Shown here: positions 13,606 through 25,778 of the stretch, one piece after another | How the letters are laid out: every line of letters begins with the position of its first letter | Position numbering within the stretch: the stretch's first letter is position 1 | Program-made: the position numbers and the translations under genes | Notes under the pieces: generated by a model | The model's database searches: none | What the model was told of the DNA's origin: nothing | What the model saw: the letters and a program-made list of their open reading frames with translations, nothing else | NCBI GenBank assembly: GCA_030704615.1 | Contig: CM060733.1 | Coordinates: 40,486,001 to 40,550,000, forward strand | Reading direction: 5' to 3' | DNA from: Takakia lepidozioides | Taxonomy: Eukaryota > Plantae > Bryophyta | Length of the DNA stretch: 64,000 nucleotides

Positions 13606-14290
13606 TTACATTCCTTGTTGTACTTCGTGACGATTACACTGAGCAGAATTGTAGGGCTGTTGTCCAAAGAGAGGCTCAGACTTCAAGAAACTGTGAATAC
13701 TAGGATCTTGCTTGCCCCCCCCCCCCCCCCCCCCTCTCCTAGAACGGCCACAACACAGCGAGTAGATAGCCATCTTTTGGCCCTGATGATTGCATTTCCA
13801 TGGCTCCGGATATATCCCACTAAATGGAGGATTGTTTGATGTCTTTCTTGGTGTGTCATCAACAAGAAGAGTGTCTTCAGGACCCCATTCTGGCTTACTC
13901 TGCCCCACACTCTGATAGGTTCTTCAAATTATATGGTCTTTGCATCAGCCCCCTAGCCAATGGGTCAGTAAGCTCTTCACAGTAAAGGGCATCCCACTGG
14001 AAATAAGATTAGTTGCGCCCTTTGAAAATAAGTCCACCATCGGAATGAAGTTGCGAGCTTTGCAGCAAGACCACACTGCCACCTCAAAGTGTGCAAACCA
14101 CTTTGCAAAAAATGAAATACAGCTGGGTCTCAAAACTACCATTTTCATCCCACACAACTCCCCACAAATCCTTTGGGAACTTGTTTGGACCACTAGCAAC
14201 ATGATTGGATTCACAGAGCAATCCATGCACATCCAAAACTAGCAAGTTTTTGTGAGTTGGGGGAGACTGTAAACGCTCATCTGGCTTCAA
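13606..14290 (-). pseudogene. FCP1/NIF-homology (HAD-fold, CTD-phosphatase-like) domain inside CACTA-1, frameshifted
   Basis: Consecutive frames give KNLLVLDVHGLL / LRPSCISFFAKWFAHFEVAVWSC / WGPEDTLLVDDTPRKTSNNP / FLKSEPLFGQ, the motif order of plant FCP1-homology proteins. Confidence 0.8.
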
Positions 14291-14654
14291 CTATCAGCCC
14301 CAGTGGGATGCACAAACCTATTGAATTATGCCTAGCATCTGTCCAATCCTCCCAGTTGTGAATTCCCCAAGGAATCATTGCATACCTGAATCCGGTGTAC
14401 CAGGTGTCTCATACATATCACGGCACGGGCATCATCATGATCAGTAGCTTCCTTTGTACCAGAGGCATGCTGAACTTAATTGAAATTGTTGTCTCAGTGC
14501 ACTGCCTTCCCCCTATGGCGAACTGCTTGCGACAGATGCAAACCATCATCGGTGATAAGGTTAGGGGAGAGGTGAGATTGATCGCCAGTTACGGTCTCAA
14601 ACCGTTCCGCAATCTTTTTTGAGACAGTGACACCAGAACCATTCATGCCAGATG

Positions 14655-16731
14655 TCACTGACCTGCCAGGGGGACATTAAACCCCAATTTGAGCATCATC
14701 TTGCCTTTCTGAGAGTCCATCATGTTCTGCATCCATGATTTCATCTCCAGCATATCAGGCCCTTGAGCCTCGACTGTTTTTCCATTGCATCCACCTTTCC
14801 GACTATGGCAGAATACATACACTCGCTTCTTGCCATATAGACAGAATGCTAAGACAACATGTTCCAACAAGTTTTTTTCCACCTGCCATATTTGAGCACA
14901 ACATCAAGCACCTTACCTATCATCCATAATTGTGTGACACACACAACCAACCAAACATATTCATCAAACGCCTTGCAACCATGACTACAACATGTTCACC
15001 TGTACAAAATACTGGTCCCACTTTTCTGTTCTAGCAAAGCAGTAAATTCAGGCACAGGTCCTTCTACCACACATGCAGTCATTGGGATACAATGATCACA
15101 CGCAGCAACTTCCTGAAGTAAAATGTGTTACCCTCTACTAAACCCTGATGGACTTAGACCTGGCCAGACAGGGCCGTCCTAGATACAATGTTGGCTTATA
15201 GTGAAAATCAACAACCCAAACCCAACGATCTCAGTCCAAACCAGGAAGTTGTTAGAGGTACCAAACTCAGTTTGTCAATCAACACACTGACACTCTTATG
15301 AGTACAATATTCTTTCAACACTTAAATCATTCACTGAGAACTTGAGCAACCAGACGTGCTATAATACACAGGCACACATGTACTGAAAGCACAGTTGTTG
15401 AGTCTCACTTCCCCGCCTATCGCTGCCAGCTGACATCCTTGAGACAGAGTATTCTTGTATGTCAGCCAACAGAGGGGGGCACCCGGTTTCTCTTTCCTAC
15501 ATATGAACCCAACATAACAAACAATATGAAGCCAATGTGCAATTGTATCAATGGCTCAACCATACAAAACCATACCAAACCACTAAAGATAATGCAAAGT
15601 CAAGATTGAACGATCATGTCAGCACAGAATAAGTTGTATACTAAAGCTCAGCTCCAAAATTGCTGGAAATACTAAACCATAAGCAAACCAGCATTAAAGA
15701 TTGGCATTCATAGAATGTATTGAGAGGAGTACAGTGAGAAAGTCTGAGGTTCTTACTAAGCGTGCCTCCATGTTGTCCTTCCCTTCCCTCCCCTGCCTGT
15801 TTTGGTGTGATTTTGAATGCAGGCATTTGCTGTCTTCAAGTGGGTCTGCACTTTGGAGTACTATTCTGTACTCTAGTAGGAGGTGAGGCTCTTCCAATGC
15901 TCATCAGACACGTCCATGGGTTCCCCCCACCTTTCTGCCATTCCTTGTGCAAGTCATGCTGTCGGAACTTCATAATTGTGCCTATTGTGTTGCTCAACGC
16001 AATCTCATCCAAGTCACGTGGGACATATTCAAATAGCTGGCCAGGAGTTCTTGAGCTCTTCAATGATCTCATCAGGCCTGATAGTTGATGCTATAGAAGG
16101 ATCACAGATACGATGAACGTGACCTTTGAGGGCCGCATGCCAAACATTCCTCGTTTGACCAACTGGTTTTCCTACCTTGTTCACAACTACATTACAGTTG
16201 TAGGAAGACCTATACCTCTCGTTCTTCCTTCACTTTATAATGCCGCGGCCTTCACAGCATAATTTGCTCGCTCAAGGCATTGGTTCTGTCAGCCTTTGAT
16301 TGAACCACATCCCCTGCAGGTTGAACCGCTGGCACTGTGCGGGGAACGTTGAAGGGTTGATTCGGGCCAGCTACCCATCGGTGGCCATGGTGGTTGGGAA
16401 CCACTCGAGATCCATAGTGGTCATATGGGTCCTGTGCATACGGCGGAGGATATTCAGGTACCCTGCCACCTCCATAAGGAGGAGGAAGGTGGGCGATATG
16501 AAGGAGGAGCATAAGGGCCATAATGGCCAGCTGCATAATTGTGTTGGGGGGCAGTTGCGTACTGACCCTCCACATTGCCAGTGGGTGGATGCTGGTTGGG
16601 AGCCGGGTACTAAGGCATGGAGCGATATTGAGAGCCTGGTACTGGTGGCTGAGTATGAAAACTTGGGGGACTGAGGCCAACTCCTTGTGGCATTTGTTCT
16701 GCTTCTGTTTTGGCTTGCCCTGGGTTTCCAT
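14655..16731 (-). pseudogene. Putative TnpA/Ptta-like second CACTA gene (multi-exon, decayed), divergent from the transposase
   Basis: Pro/Tyr-rich exon followed by KFRQHDLHKEWQKGGGNP...W..L..Y, resembling Transposase_24-type proteins. Exon structure not resolved. Confidence 0.45.
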
Positions 16732-17846
16732 ACATGAAAACCAATGCCAAGTAAATCAACTACAAGGAACCACACCATATCATGACATAAAGTGTCATAA
16801 AGTATAAACAGTACGCATGATTTGTACAGGTCTGAGTACCCAAAAATCAGACAGATCTTGGCTAGAAAATCGGCCAATTGGATTGGCTCATGATGTGCGC
16901 CCAAGTCTTTCCGACCCCTTTTATGTATGGGTTTTGCCTGAAATCCATACCAAACATGCAGTAGGAGGGGCATACCTAAAAGCTGTGAGAAAAGATGGAA
17001 TGTGCTCAACATATGACACCTACTGCTTACAAAGTTTTAAATAGTGCTATTGAATATGGGGGCCACATGCACATGGGCAATGTGCAGCTCCTCCACTCAG
17101 AAAAGGGACAGACAGAAATGCAGACGCTGAATCTAGACAGAGAATGTGCTTATGACAGCACACCCCCTTCGAAACCAAACATGCAAATGAGGGACAAACT
17201 ACAAGGCACGGAAGAGATAGAACAGAAGAAAGAATATTGACACGCAGATTAAATCTGCCAAGTATTTAGACAATCCCTCCGCGGATCATGGGCCCCTAAT
17301 GAATCCTCATGATACTATTCTATTCGCACTCATAGTTGTGCTCACCTTCGGAATAAGTGGGGAGAGACTACAAATATGCCCATAAAATGCACTCACAGCT
17401 GGAGACGGTGTGCTGCACCACGTTTTCCCTGGCGTGCGCCACTATGCCTGCATCTGCGTCCTCCGACATGGAGTCGCTGAATCCTCGTCCCTCCTGTACT
17501 GCTCCCTTTTGTGGTGGGAGGTAAGGATTGTTGTCATCTATGTCAATAATTACTTTGGGCTTGGCAGTTGTTCAAGTCATGGTGACGAGTCTGGCACTTC
17601 GTCTTGCCGGACCTTTGATAGGTGCTCCATGAGACGTGCCTTCCGACGTGGTTTCACACCCGTAATCCTGCAAAATTACTTCCATTGCGGCCCACGGGTT
17701 ACTTGACTATCTCCCCTCTTAAACGACTAACACAAGACAAATGCAGCTCATATTCTAATGTTCATAAAGGAGCTGGAAAACGATGAAGTGCCTTACCACT
17801 GTCCCAATGGCTGCCCGTCAAATGCGGTTCACTCCCGCCTACCGCT

Positions 17847-19470
17847 ATGAATGCACTCCTATACCCTAAACTACACTCAACTTGCACTTTTCGAGCCTTT
17901 TCTACATTCACACCAACAGCGCCGCCTCTCGATCACACCTCATCTATTGTGCAAATGGGAAGAGATCACACTGTTAGCCATGCATGCATTGTCAAAGGAT
18001 TGGGTCTATTTCGACAATCTCAGTGTAAACTCTACGAAGGGAGCTCAATCAGCCGATTTGAAGCTACTTTGCATTTGCTCAACTTGTGCACCACCCACAA
18101 GTGCACCAATGGCTTTGTGGATGAGCTTCTTGGATTGTTGCGCAAAAGTTTTTTGCCAAAACAGAATTCTCTGCCGAAAATTAATTATGAAGCTAGAACT
18201 ATGATTGCGAAGATGGGATTGCAGTACACCCAGATCCATGCCTGCGAGAAAGGCTGTGTACTCTTCCGTGGGGAGAATGAAAAAGCAGAATTTTGCCCGA
18301 AGTGCAAGACATCGCGTTACATTCCTGGTCGTGGGACTGTACCCAGAAAAATACTACGACATTTCCTTGTCATCCCAAGGTTGAAACGCATGTATCGATG
18401 CAAATCAATCGCGCACCTTATGACATGGCACTTCAGACATAAGAGTCAGGATGGATTGGTTCGACATCCAGCTGATAGCAAAGCCTGGGCCCACGTTGAC
18501 TCCACATTTGCGGATTTTGCTTCAGAACCACGAAATGTACGATTTGGATTAGCCTTAGATGGAGTAAATCCATCATGCACATCAATCCGAGTTGAGAGCA
18601 CATGGCCCATCCTGTTGGTCAACTATAATTTGCCTCCATGGTTGATGACAAAGAAGTTTTTCGTCATGTTAGCACTCCTTATCCCTGGAAAGGAGTCTGT
18701 TACATCTGCGAACATTGATGTGTATTTGATGCCCCTAGTAGAGGAGCCACAGGAATTGTGGAGAGGCATCATAGCTTACGATTGCGGGTCAGGTTACTAA
18801 AGGTTATGCTGGTTGTCCAGCCTGTGGACCCGAGGTGGATTCACAGCATTTACATGCATGTTCGAAGACTGTGTTCCTGGGCCATCGGAGATTTCTTGCC
18901 CACAACCATCCGTATAGAAGATCAAGATTGTTCATGGTGCTGTTGAGCATAGAGTGGCTCCACAAACGCAGACGGGAACACAAATAAAGAAACGTGCAAT
19001 TGACCTGATTGCATGGATAGCAACAGGGGGGAAACCAGATACGCCATCAGACCCTTCCAAATCTCACGGAGTGAAGCGATTATCAATCTTATATGCCTTG
19101 CCTTACTAGGAGGGCCTCCTCATACGGCATACGTTTGATGCTATGCATTGCGAGAAGAACTTTGCAGAGAATAGCATTAAGACTGTTTTTGGGGAGAAAG
19201 ATACATTGAAGGTTCGGCGTGATCTTGAATTACTTGGGCTGCATCCATCATTGTGGTTGCATCGACATCCAGACAGGGCAGATACGTTAATCATGCCTCC
19301 TGCTCCTTATGTTCTAAATGAAGCTAAGTTGAAAGTTTTCTTGGACACTGTGCGAAACCTTAAAGTACCCACAGATACGCATCAGCTTTCAAAAAACACG
19401 TGGTAAAGAAAAAACTATCCGGCATGAAATCACATGATTACCATGTGTTCATGCACCAAATTTTACCCCG
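17847..19470 (+). pseudogene. CACTA TnpD transposase (Transposase_21 plus start of DUF4218), truncated
   Basis: IHACEKGC, RHPADSKAW, RNVRFGLALDGVNP, STWP, YNLPPW, MHCEKN, GMKSHDYHVFMHQ. Internal deletion at ~18780; breaks off at ~19470. Confidence 0.93.
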
Positions 19471-19719
19471 AAGAAGACAGCCACCACAGGGCAGGCAACC
19501 CCCCCAGCAGGGCCATTTATTCATTTTCAGATTGTAAAACATTGGCACCCAGAAGTTGGGAAGTAACCCAGTCTGGCACTTCACCATTCTACACTTCTAA
19601 TATCTTCTAGTGTGCAACTATTAGCACTGATTTCATCGCTGGCAACCTGCAGTAATATCCCTATATCAAAAAGATCCCATACCCACATCCTTGGGCCTTT
19701 GTCTAGCTTCAACTACAAC

Positions 19720-19960
19720 AAACATATTGCCACATTTGGCATACATCTACGCCACTCAATATCCAGACTGATATTGGTACAATTCACGCTTTGATCCTGT
19801 CAATTCTTTGCCCCTTTGTAGAGTTGTAGACGGGGTGGCATAGCAATATCCTGCAAACCTGGCCCTGTGCATCTTCACCCCTTCTACCACTCTGAATCGC
19901 TCGCATCTGCTGTCGACATTGAGTGGTCAGATTGTTGAGAGACCAGTAAGACCATCCCAG
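19720..19960 (-). pseudogene. Highly decayed PLS-PPR remnant
   Basis: MYAKCGNM at 19723-19746, with LQRGKEL upstream; frames are broken. Confidence 0.4.
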
Positions 19961-20644
19961 TGGAACATCAGTTGGCTTGCTCCCCACCCCCTCTCTAGCT
20001 TGCAATTGAATCATAATCTTATCTAGTTTTTTTCTCTCATCTCCAGGAAAATGACCCGCTATCACATTGCTGCACTTCAATTCTGCCAAAATCTTACAAT
20101 GTCAGGCTATGGCTGTCAAAATAGCCTCCACACCAATGTATGGATGTGTCCTTCATGAGCAACACTACCCCAAGTCTGCCTTCACCCTGCCCTAACCACA
20201 AAACGAAATTAAAGAATTCCAGACAACTGTGACCAACATGGGAGGTTTTTGGCGGTTCAAAGCTATTTCACGAGTAAAATACTTACACCACTTGGTTGTG
20301 GTGGAAGACCTGCAATTATACCATATCGTACACATCACTTACTTGTGGTGGCAATCTTGCAATCCAATATCCACAAGCAGGCAGATTTATTTCGTCAGAC
20401 CAAGCTGTCATGGCAAGCCTATGGCATAACAGGAAAAGCAAAGCATTAGAGAGGTGAGTTCAAACAGTCGTGCAATCAGTTTTCAGCCCACTGAGCTAGT
20501 AAGGAAGTGCCCAATATACGACTTCTGTGTCACACATTAGAGGAAAAATAAACCAACACCAACTTTCACATCCCTCATCAAATTCCCAGAGACATGTTTA
20601 CCAGTGATATATGTTTCGCTGGTAGTCGTTGAGAAACAAGGCTC

Positions 20645-20709
20645 TTAAGCTTTGCCCACAAACTCAATATCAAATATGAGTGTTGAATTGGGGGGTATGA
20701 CACACAACC
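20645..20709 (-). pseudogene. Isolated terminal exon of an FKBP-type PPIase (FKBP13-like)
   Basis: tgcag|GG TTG TGT... encodes (G)LCVIPPNSTLIFDIEFVGKA*, resembling the FKBP13 C-terminus GxCxIPP...FDIE..GKA*. Upstream exons not found. Confidence 0.75.
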
Positions 20710-21191
20710 CTGCAATCCAGCAACTTCTCACGGTTTAGAAAGACCTTTCAAAAATGAAGAGAAGGAAGAGATTGAAAGGGAACTATGTGGTTCAGGGCTG
20801 GATTAAATGGGGCAGCTTGGCATCAGATGGGCCTTGGGTTGCTGCCTACAGTGAAACAGAGAATATGGCATGCTACTGGAGGCATATCAATCGTATATCA
20901 ATCCTCCTTGTCCACAACTGACAGATCTCTAGAGCTGGCACCAGCAACAATCCATATTTTTCATCTAGGCCATCATCATTGCCAAAGTAAATTTGCCCCT
21001 ACCTCTCTTGACATAAGATGCCTCTATTCTCACTATGGAATTAGAACGGGAGAACCATGCACTGGTATGAACGGACTCTTACATGGCAAAAACCCTCGAC
21101 AAACGGGGAGATAGGAGAAGAGAATGGAGGTACCGCCGCCCTCGGCAGTTGGTGGTTCTTTGGGGAAATGACATAGTGAATGCCATAATTA

Positions 21192-21335
21192 CTTGTAGGG
21201 CCTCCCTCCTATGACAACCATGCTGGGCATATCCTGCAATCATTGCATTCCAAGACACCACATCTTGTTCGGCCATATCATCGAACACTCCCTTGTCATC
21301 CTTGATGCTACCACATTCAAAATACATGTCCACCT
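21192..21335 (-). pseudogene. PLS-class PPR gene fragment (~140 bp)
   Basis: VDMYFECGSIKDDKGVFDDMAEQDVVSWNAMIAGYAQHG...EALQ. Confidence 0.88.
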
Positions 21336-21487
21336 TGGTAGAGTTTAGAACAAATACCTCTCGTACTATTCCCATTTTGAGGCTGTCTGTCGCGCGGCTT
21401 TTTCTCACCCATCCCTTCGCTATTCGAGGCGGAAACTCCAAGATTGAAGAGTTGGAAATCTCTAAGTACTCAGCCCGCGCAGAACAA

Positions 21488-24400
21488 TCAGTCATGACCT
21501 ACAGCTAGTGTATCATGGGGGTGTTTCCTATTTGTTTCCCTTTTTCCGTATTCATTAATGGGCCCGCCTTTCATCCCTTTTGACGGCCGTTCTTGTCCTC
21601 TTTCTTTTTGACACCTGCTCTTGCACTTCCTTCTCGGCTGTGTGTCGCGCCCTGACCTCCACGTGTCTATTTTTAAAGTAATTTCCGTTTCCTCTTCCGT
21701 CAGCCATTTTCCTGAAGTTATTATGCGTCCACTTGTCACTGATTCTATGGATCGTGTAACTTTAGTAGGCTGTGTTGAGCTGTGACAGGCTGTGTCATAC
21801 TGTGTTACGCTGTGATAGGCTGTGATGCACTGTGGTAAGCTGTGATAGGCTGTGACACGCTGTGGTAGGTTGTGATAGGCTGTGTTGCGCCGTGCTGGGC
21901 TGTGATAGGCTGTGTCACGTCGTGATGGGCTGTGATAGGCTGTGTTGCGCCGTGCTGGGCTGTGATAGGCTGTGTCACGTTGTGATGGGCTATGATAGGC
22001 TGTGTCACGTCGTGATGGGCTGTGATAGGCTGTGTCACGTCGTGATGGGCTGTGATAGGCTGTGTTGCGTCGTGATGGGCTGTGATAGGCTGTGCTTTGC
22101 CTTGATGGGCTGTGATAGGATGTGTCACGTTTGTTTTGCCCACCCTGGTCATATATGCTGGGCCTAGCGACAAGTGTTCCATACTCCGTTCGTAACACTG
22201 GTGCAGCCCGTGACTGCTCTTGCGGTTCAACATGCAAATCATGCTGCAGGGGTTTGTCATGGATACCACTGTACCCCTTCAACTTATTTGCATTGACTCT
22301 TCCCAGCATTTCTTTGTTAATGGTTTGTAACATGGCGGTGTTGTTATCATACATCTTTTGTATGACATAAGGTCCTTTCCACGGTGATTTAAGCTTAGAA
22401 GCTTGAATCTTTCCTTTCTTCTGCAACCATAGAACCAAATCCCCCGTCTTAAAAGTCTTTAACTTGCCTTCATCAAACTGTTCCTTTCGCTTCATCTGAA
22501 TTCTGGTCATATTATCAGCTGCATCAGCACGTACTTCTTCCACATGGTATAATTCATGTTTCCTGACCTTGATGGAGTCTTGCAATTCCATTCTTTTTCC
22601 CCACTCCGTTCTCATGGTAGGTAACAGGAATTCCACTGGAAGTAAGGCTTCCATACCATAAACTAATTGGAATGGTGTATACTTAGTGGTGACTTTATAT
22701 GAAGTCCTGTATGACCACAAAGCTGTCAGCAGCTTCGTATCCCAATCCGTTCTGTTTGCATTGACTATCTTAGCCAAGATAGTACATAGTATTTTGTTGG
22801 TAGCCTCTGCTTGCCCATTACCTTGTGGGTAATATGTTGTACTCTTTCTATGCACAATCATAAACTCTTTAGTCAACAACTCAATGGTCTCATTCATGAA
22901 GTGACTTCCTTGATCACTGATAAATTCTAAGGGACAGCCAAATCGGGTAAGTATGTTCTCGTACAGGAACCTTGTTGTGGACTTGGCTGTGTTGTCCCTC
23001 AAAGCTTTGGCTTCCACCCACTTTGTAGTATAATCAGTGGCTGTAATTATGTACCTGTTTCGTGTATTCTTGGATGGTGGGTTAATTGGTCCAACAAAGT
23101 CTAGTCCCCATTTCTGAAATGGTTCCGTAGGCATTGTAGGATGCAAGGCCATCCTTCCAGATCTCTGCAAAGGTCCTAGCCTCTGACATTCATCACACTT
23201 CTGACAAATACTCGTGTACATCTTTGAACAAAGTAGGCCACCAGTATCCTGCGAGTAGTATCTTTCTACTAGTAGTCTCTTCTCCAAAATGACCTCCCGC
23301 CACTCCTTTATGAACTTCCGCCAAAACTTTATTCACTTCATGGTGGTACAAGCATCGTTTTAGTACTCCATCAAGTCCTAACTTATACATTCTGCTTCCT
23401 ACCATAGTATAAGGTAAAACTTTGATAGCGATTCTCTTCCTCTGCTCCTTACCATAACTAGGTGGGCACTGACCATGAACAAGGTAGTATCTGATTGGCC
23501 ACTGCCAATCTAACCAGTCATCTGCACTTCCCTGCACCTCCACTGCAAAAAGACTCACATCTGGTAATTGATCATCTATTCCTGTGGCTGGTTCTCCTGT
23601 TGACAATCGTGACAAATGATCCGCCACAAGATGCAGTCTCCCAGGCTTGTAAACAACCTCGAACTCAAACTCGTGCAAGATTATCAACCATCTTGCTATT
23701 CTTTCGCTTATCAGAGGTTTGTTTACCAGGTATATCAGAGCCTGGTGATCCACATAGAACATAAACTTCTTGCCCAACAGGTAATGCCTGAATTTCTTCA
23801 CTGCATAGATCATTGCCAATGCTTCTCTTTCCGTTGTGCTATAGTTCCTTTCAGCACTGTTCATCAACCGGCTAGCATAGTACACAGGTGAATCTATATT
23901 CCCTGTAACATTCTGGGCTAACACCGCTCCCAACGCTTCTCCTGATGCATCACAGTGAACATGGAATACTACATGCCAGTGAGGGTTAATCAGCACAGGT
24001 GTAGTTGTTACTGACAGTGTAAGCTCCTCAAACGTCTGTTGACATTCAGCTGTCCAGGCAAACACTGCATCTTTCTTCAGTAGTTTGCTCAATGGTGCTG
24101 CTATTTGTGCATACCTTTTGACAAATCTCCTGTAATAACTGGTTTGCCCAAGGAATCTCCGTAGACTTTTAACATTCACTGGTGGTGGAGAGGCTTTAAT
24201 GGACTCTGTCTTTCTGGGATCCACAAGGAGTCCCTTCTTACACACAATGTGTCCCAGAAGCACCCCTGAGTTCACACACAAAGTACACTTCTCTGGATTC
24301 AGGCCCAGACCTCTCATCCTGCATCTGGCCAAACATAACTCCAATTTATGCAAGTGCTCACTCTTAGAGCTGTACACACTGAAATCATCCAAGAATACCT

Positions 24401-25778
24401 GCATGAAATCATCCAGATACTCATGAAAAGATTCACTTATCACTCTCTGAAAGGTCGCGGGTGCATTACAAAGTCCAAAGGGCATGACTTTGTATGCATA
24501 AGCCCCCCAGTCTGTGATGAAAGTTGTTTTCCCTTGGTCTTCTTCTGCCACTTGCACTTGATTATAACCACTGAAGCCATCCATGAATGAGTACATCTCA
24601 TGGCCTGCCACAGTGTCTAATACTGCTTCTGTGAATGGCAAAGGGAAAGGATCTTTCTTCGTACAAGCATTCAGCTTCTTATAGTTCACACATACTCTTA
24701 GTTTGCCATTCTTCTTGGGAACTATAACAATGGGTGACAACCAAGTTGTATACTCTATTGGGTATATAAACTTAGCCTCAGCCAACTTCTTTATCTCTTC
24801 TCCAACCTTCTGTGCGTAGTTGGGATTCATTCTATACCTCGCCTGCTTGATTGGTACTGACCCTGGTTCCAGTTCAATCTTATGCTGACAGACTTCAGGT
24901 GGTATCCCTTTTAGATCCTCATAGCTCCAAGCAAATACATCTCTGTATTTGATGAACAAGCTTTTAGCTTCTTCGAAGAATTCCGGCTCCAAATCAGCTC
25001 CTACTTTCACCATCCTCGGTTCCTCTTTAGTTCCCACATTTACTTCTCTCACCTGCTCATCAGCTGTGATTGTCCAACCAGTCACCACTTCATCCTGTAA
25101 GCTCACAGTGGCTGGTTCTTCTAGGATTTCTATTTCTCCTTTTCTCTCTTCATAGAAATGTGATGGGTAAATGCTGGTTTCCTCTTCAGTTGGTGTTGCT
25201 GTCACTACACCACAGCAGATACCTCTCAAACAACTTAGGCTTTCCAGCCGCATCTCTGCAACCTGCTCCCACTCTGGGTGTGCAGCAAATAGGGTAGCTT
25301 CCTGCTCCTCATCCAGTCCTCCTCTCCAGTCATACTCTCTGACTCCTCGAGGTCTTCTTGTAGCAGGTAATCTACTAGATTTCTTTGTGGTAATTTGTAT
25401 CTCGTGTATCCCATTATGCACGGTTAGTAACTGAGAATTCCAGTCATGGAATACCCTGGCCTATTTCAGCCACGGACGTCCCAATAATAAGGAGTAAGCC
25501 TCCATGACTTCATCCATTTCTAATACAGTTACTGTGATCATAAAGATCATTTTCTGTATCTGTATCTTAACTCCTCTTATTAATCCCAATGGCTGCACAT
25601 TTCTTTGATCTGCCATTGTTACTGTAAATGGGGCTGGTTTCATGTTACTTAGACCAAGCTTCTTCCTTAATTGGTCTGTCATGATATTTACTCCAGAACC
25701 ACCATCTATCAGTACATCAGTTAGTTCTGTGCTTCCAATTCTCAATTGGATTACTGGCATAGAATCATCAAAGTCCAT
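21488..25778 (-). pseudogene. Gypsy pol (PR, RT, RH, INT) with repetitive C-terminal tail
   Basis: VLIDGGS, FLDDF, HCDASG, WGLDFVG, SDQG, NGQAE, WKGPY. Stop at 25461 and frameshift at ~23210. Confidence 0.93.
21778..22130 (-). repeat. 30-bp tandem repeat (three 10-bp subunits) in the integrase tail, encoding HSPSRRDTAY units
   Basis: About 11 units of ctgtgataggctgtgtcacgtcgtgatggg on the plus strand. Confidence 0.95.

Larger units (their letters stand above)
11479..19470 (+). mobile_element. CACTA/En-Spm element 1; left end intact, right end lost
   Basis: Starts CACTAGTACAGA at 11479, followed by dense subterminal GACTAC repeats. TnpD-type transposase at 17847-19470. Confidence 0.85.

Noticed and set aside
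19600-19612. CTTCTAGTG as right end of CACTA-1
   Set aside because: Poor match beyond CACTAG, no GACTAC subterminal repeats, no gag TSD.
21778-22130. Regular 30-bp array as CRISPR
   Set aside because: No unique spacers, no cas genes, eukaryotic retroelement context.
13606-22130. Functional link between the CTD-phosphatase-like domain and the YHSPS repeats as a CTD mimic
   Set aside because: They lie in unrelated elements juxtaposed by chance, and the repeat is a decamer, not the YSPTSPS heptad.
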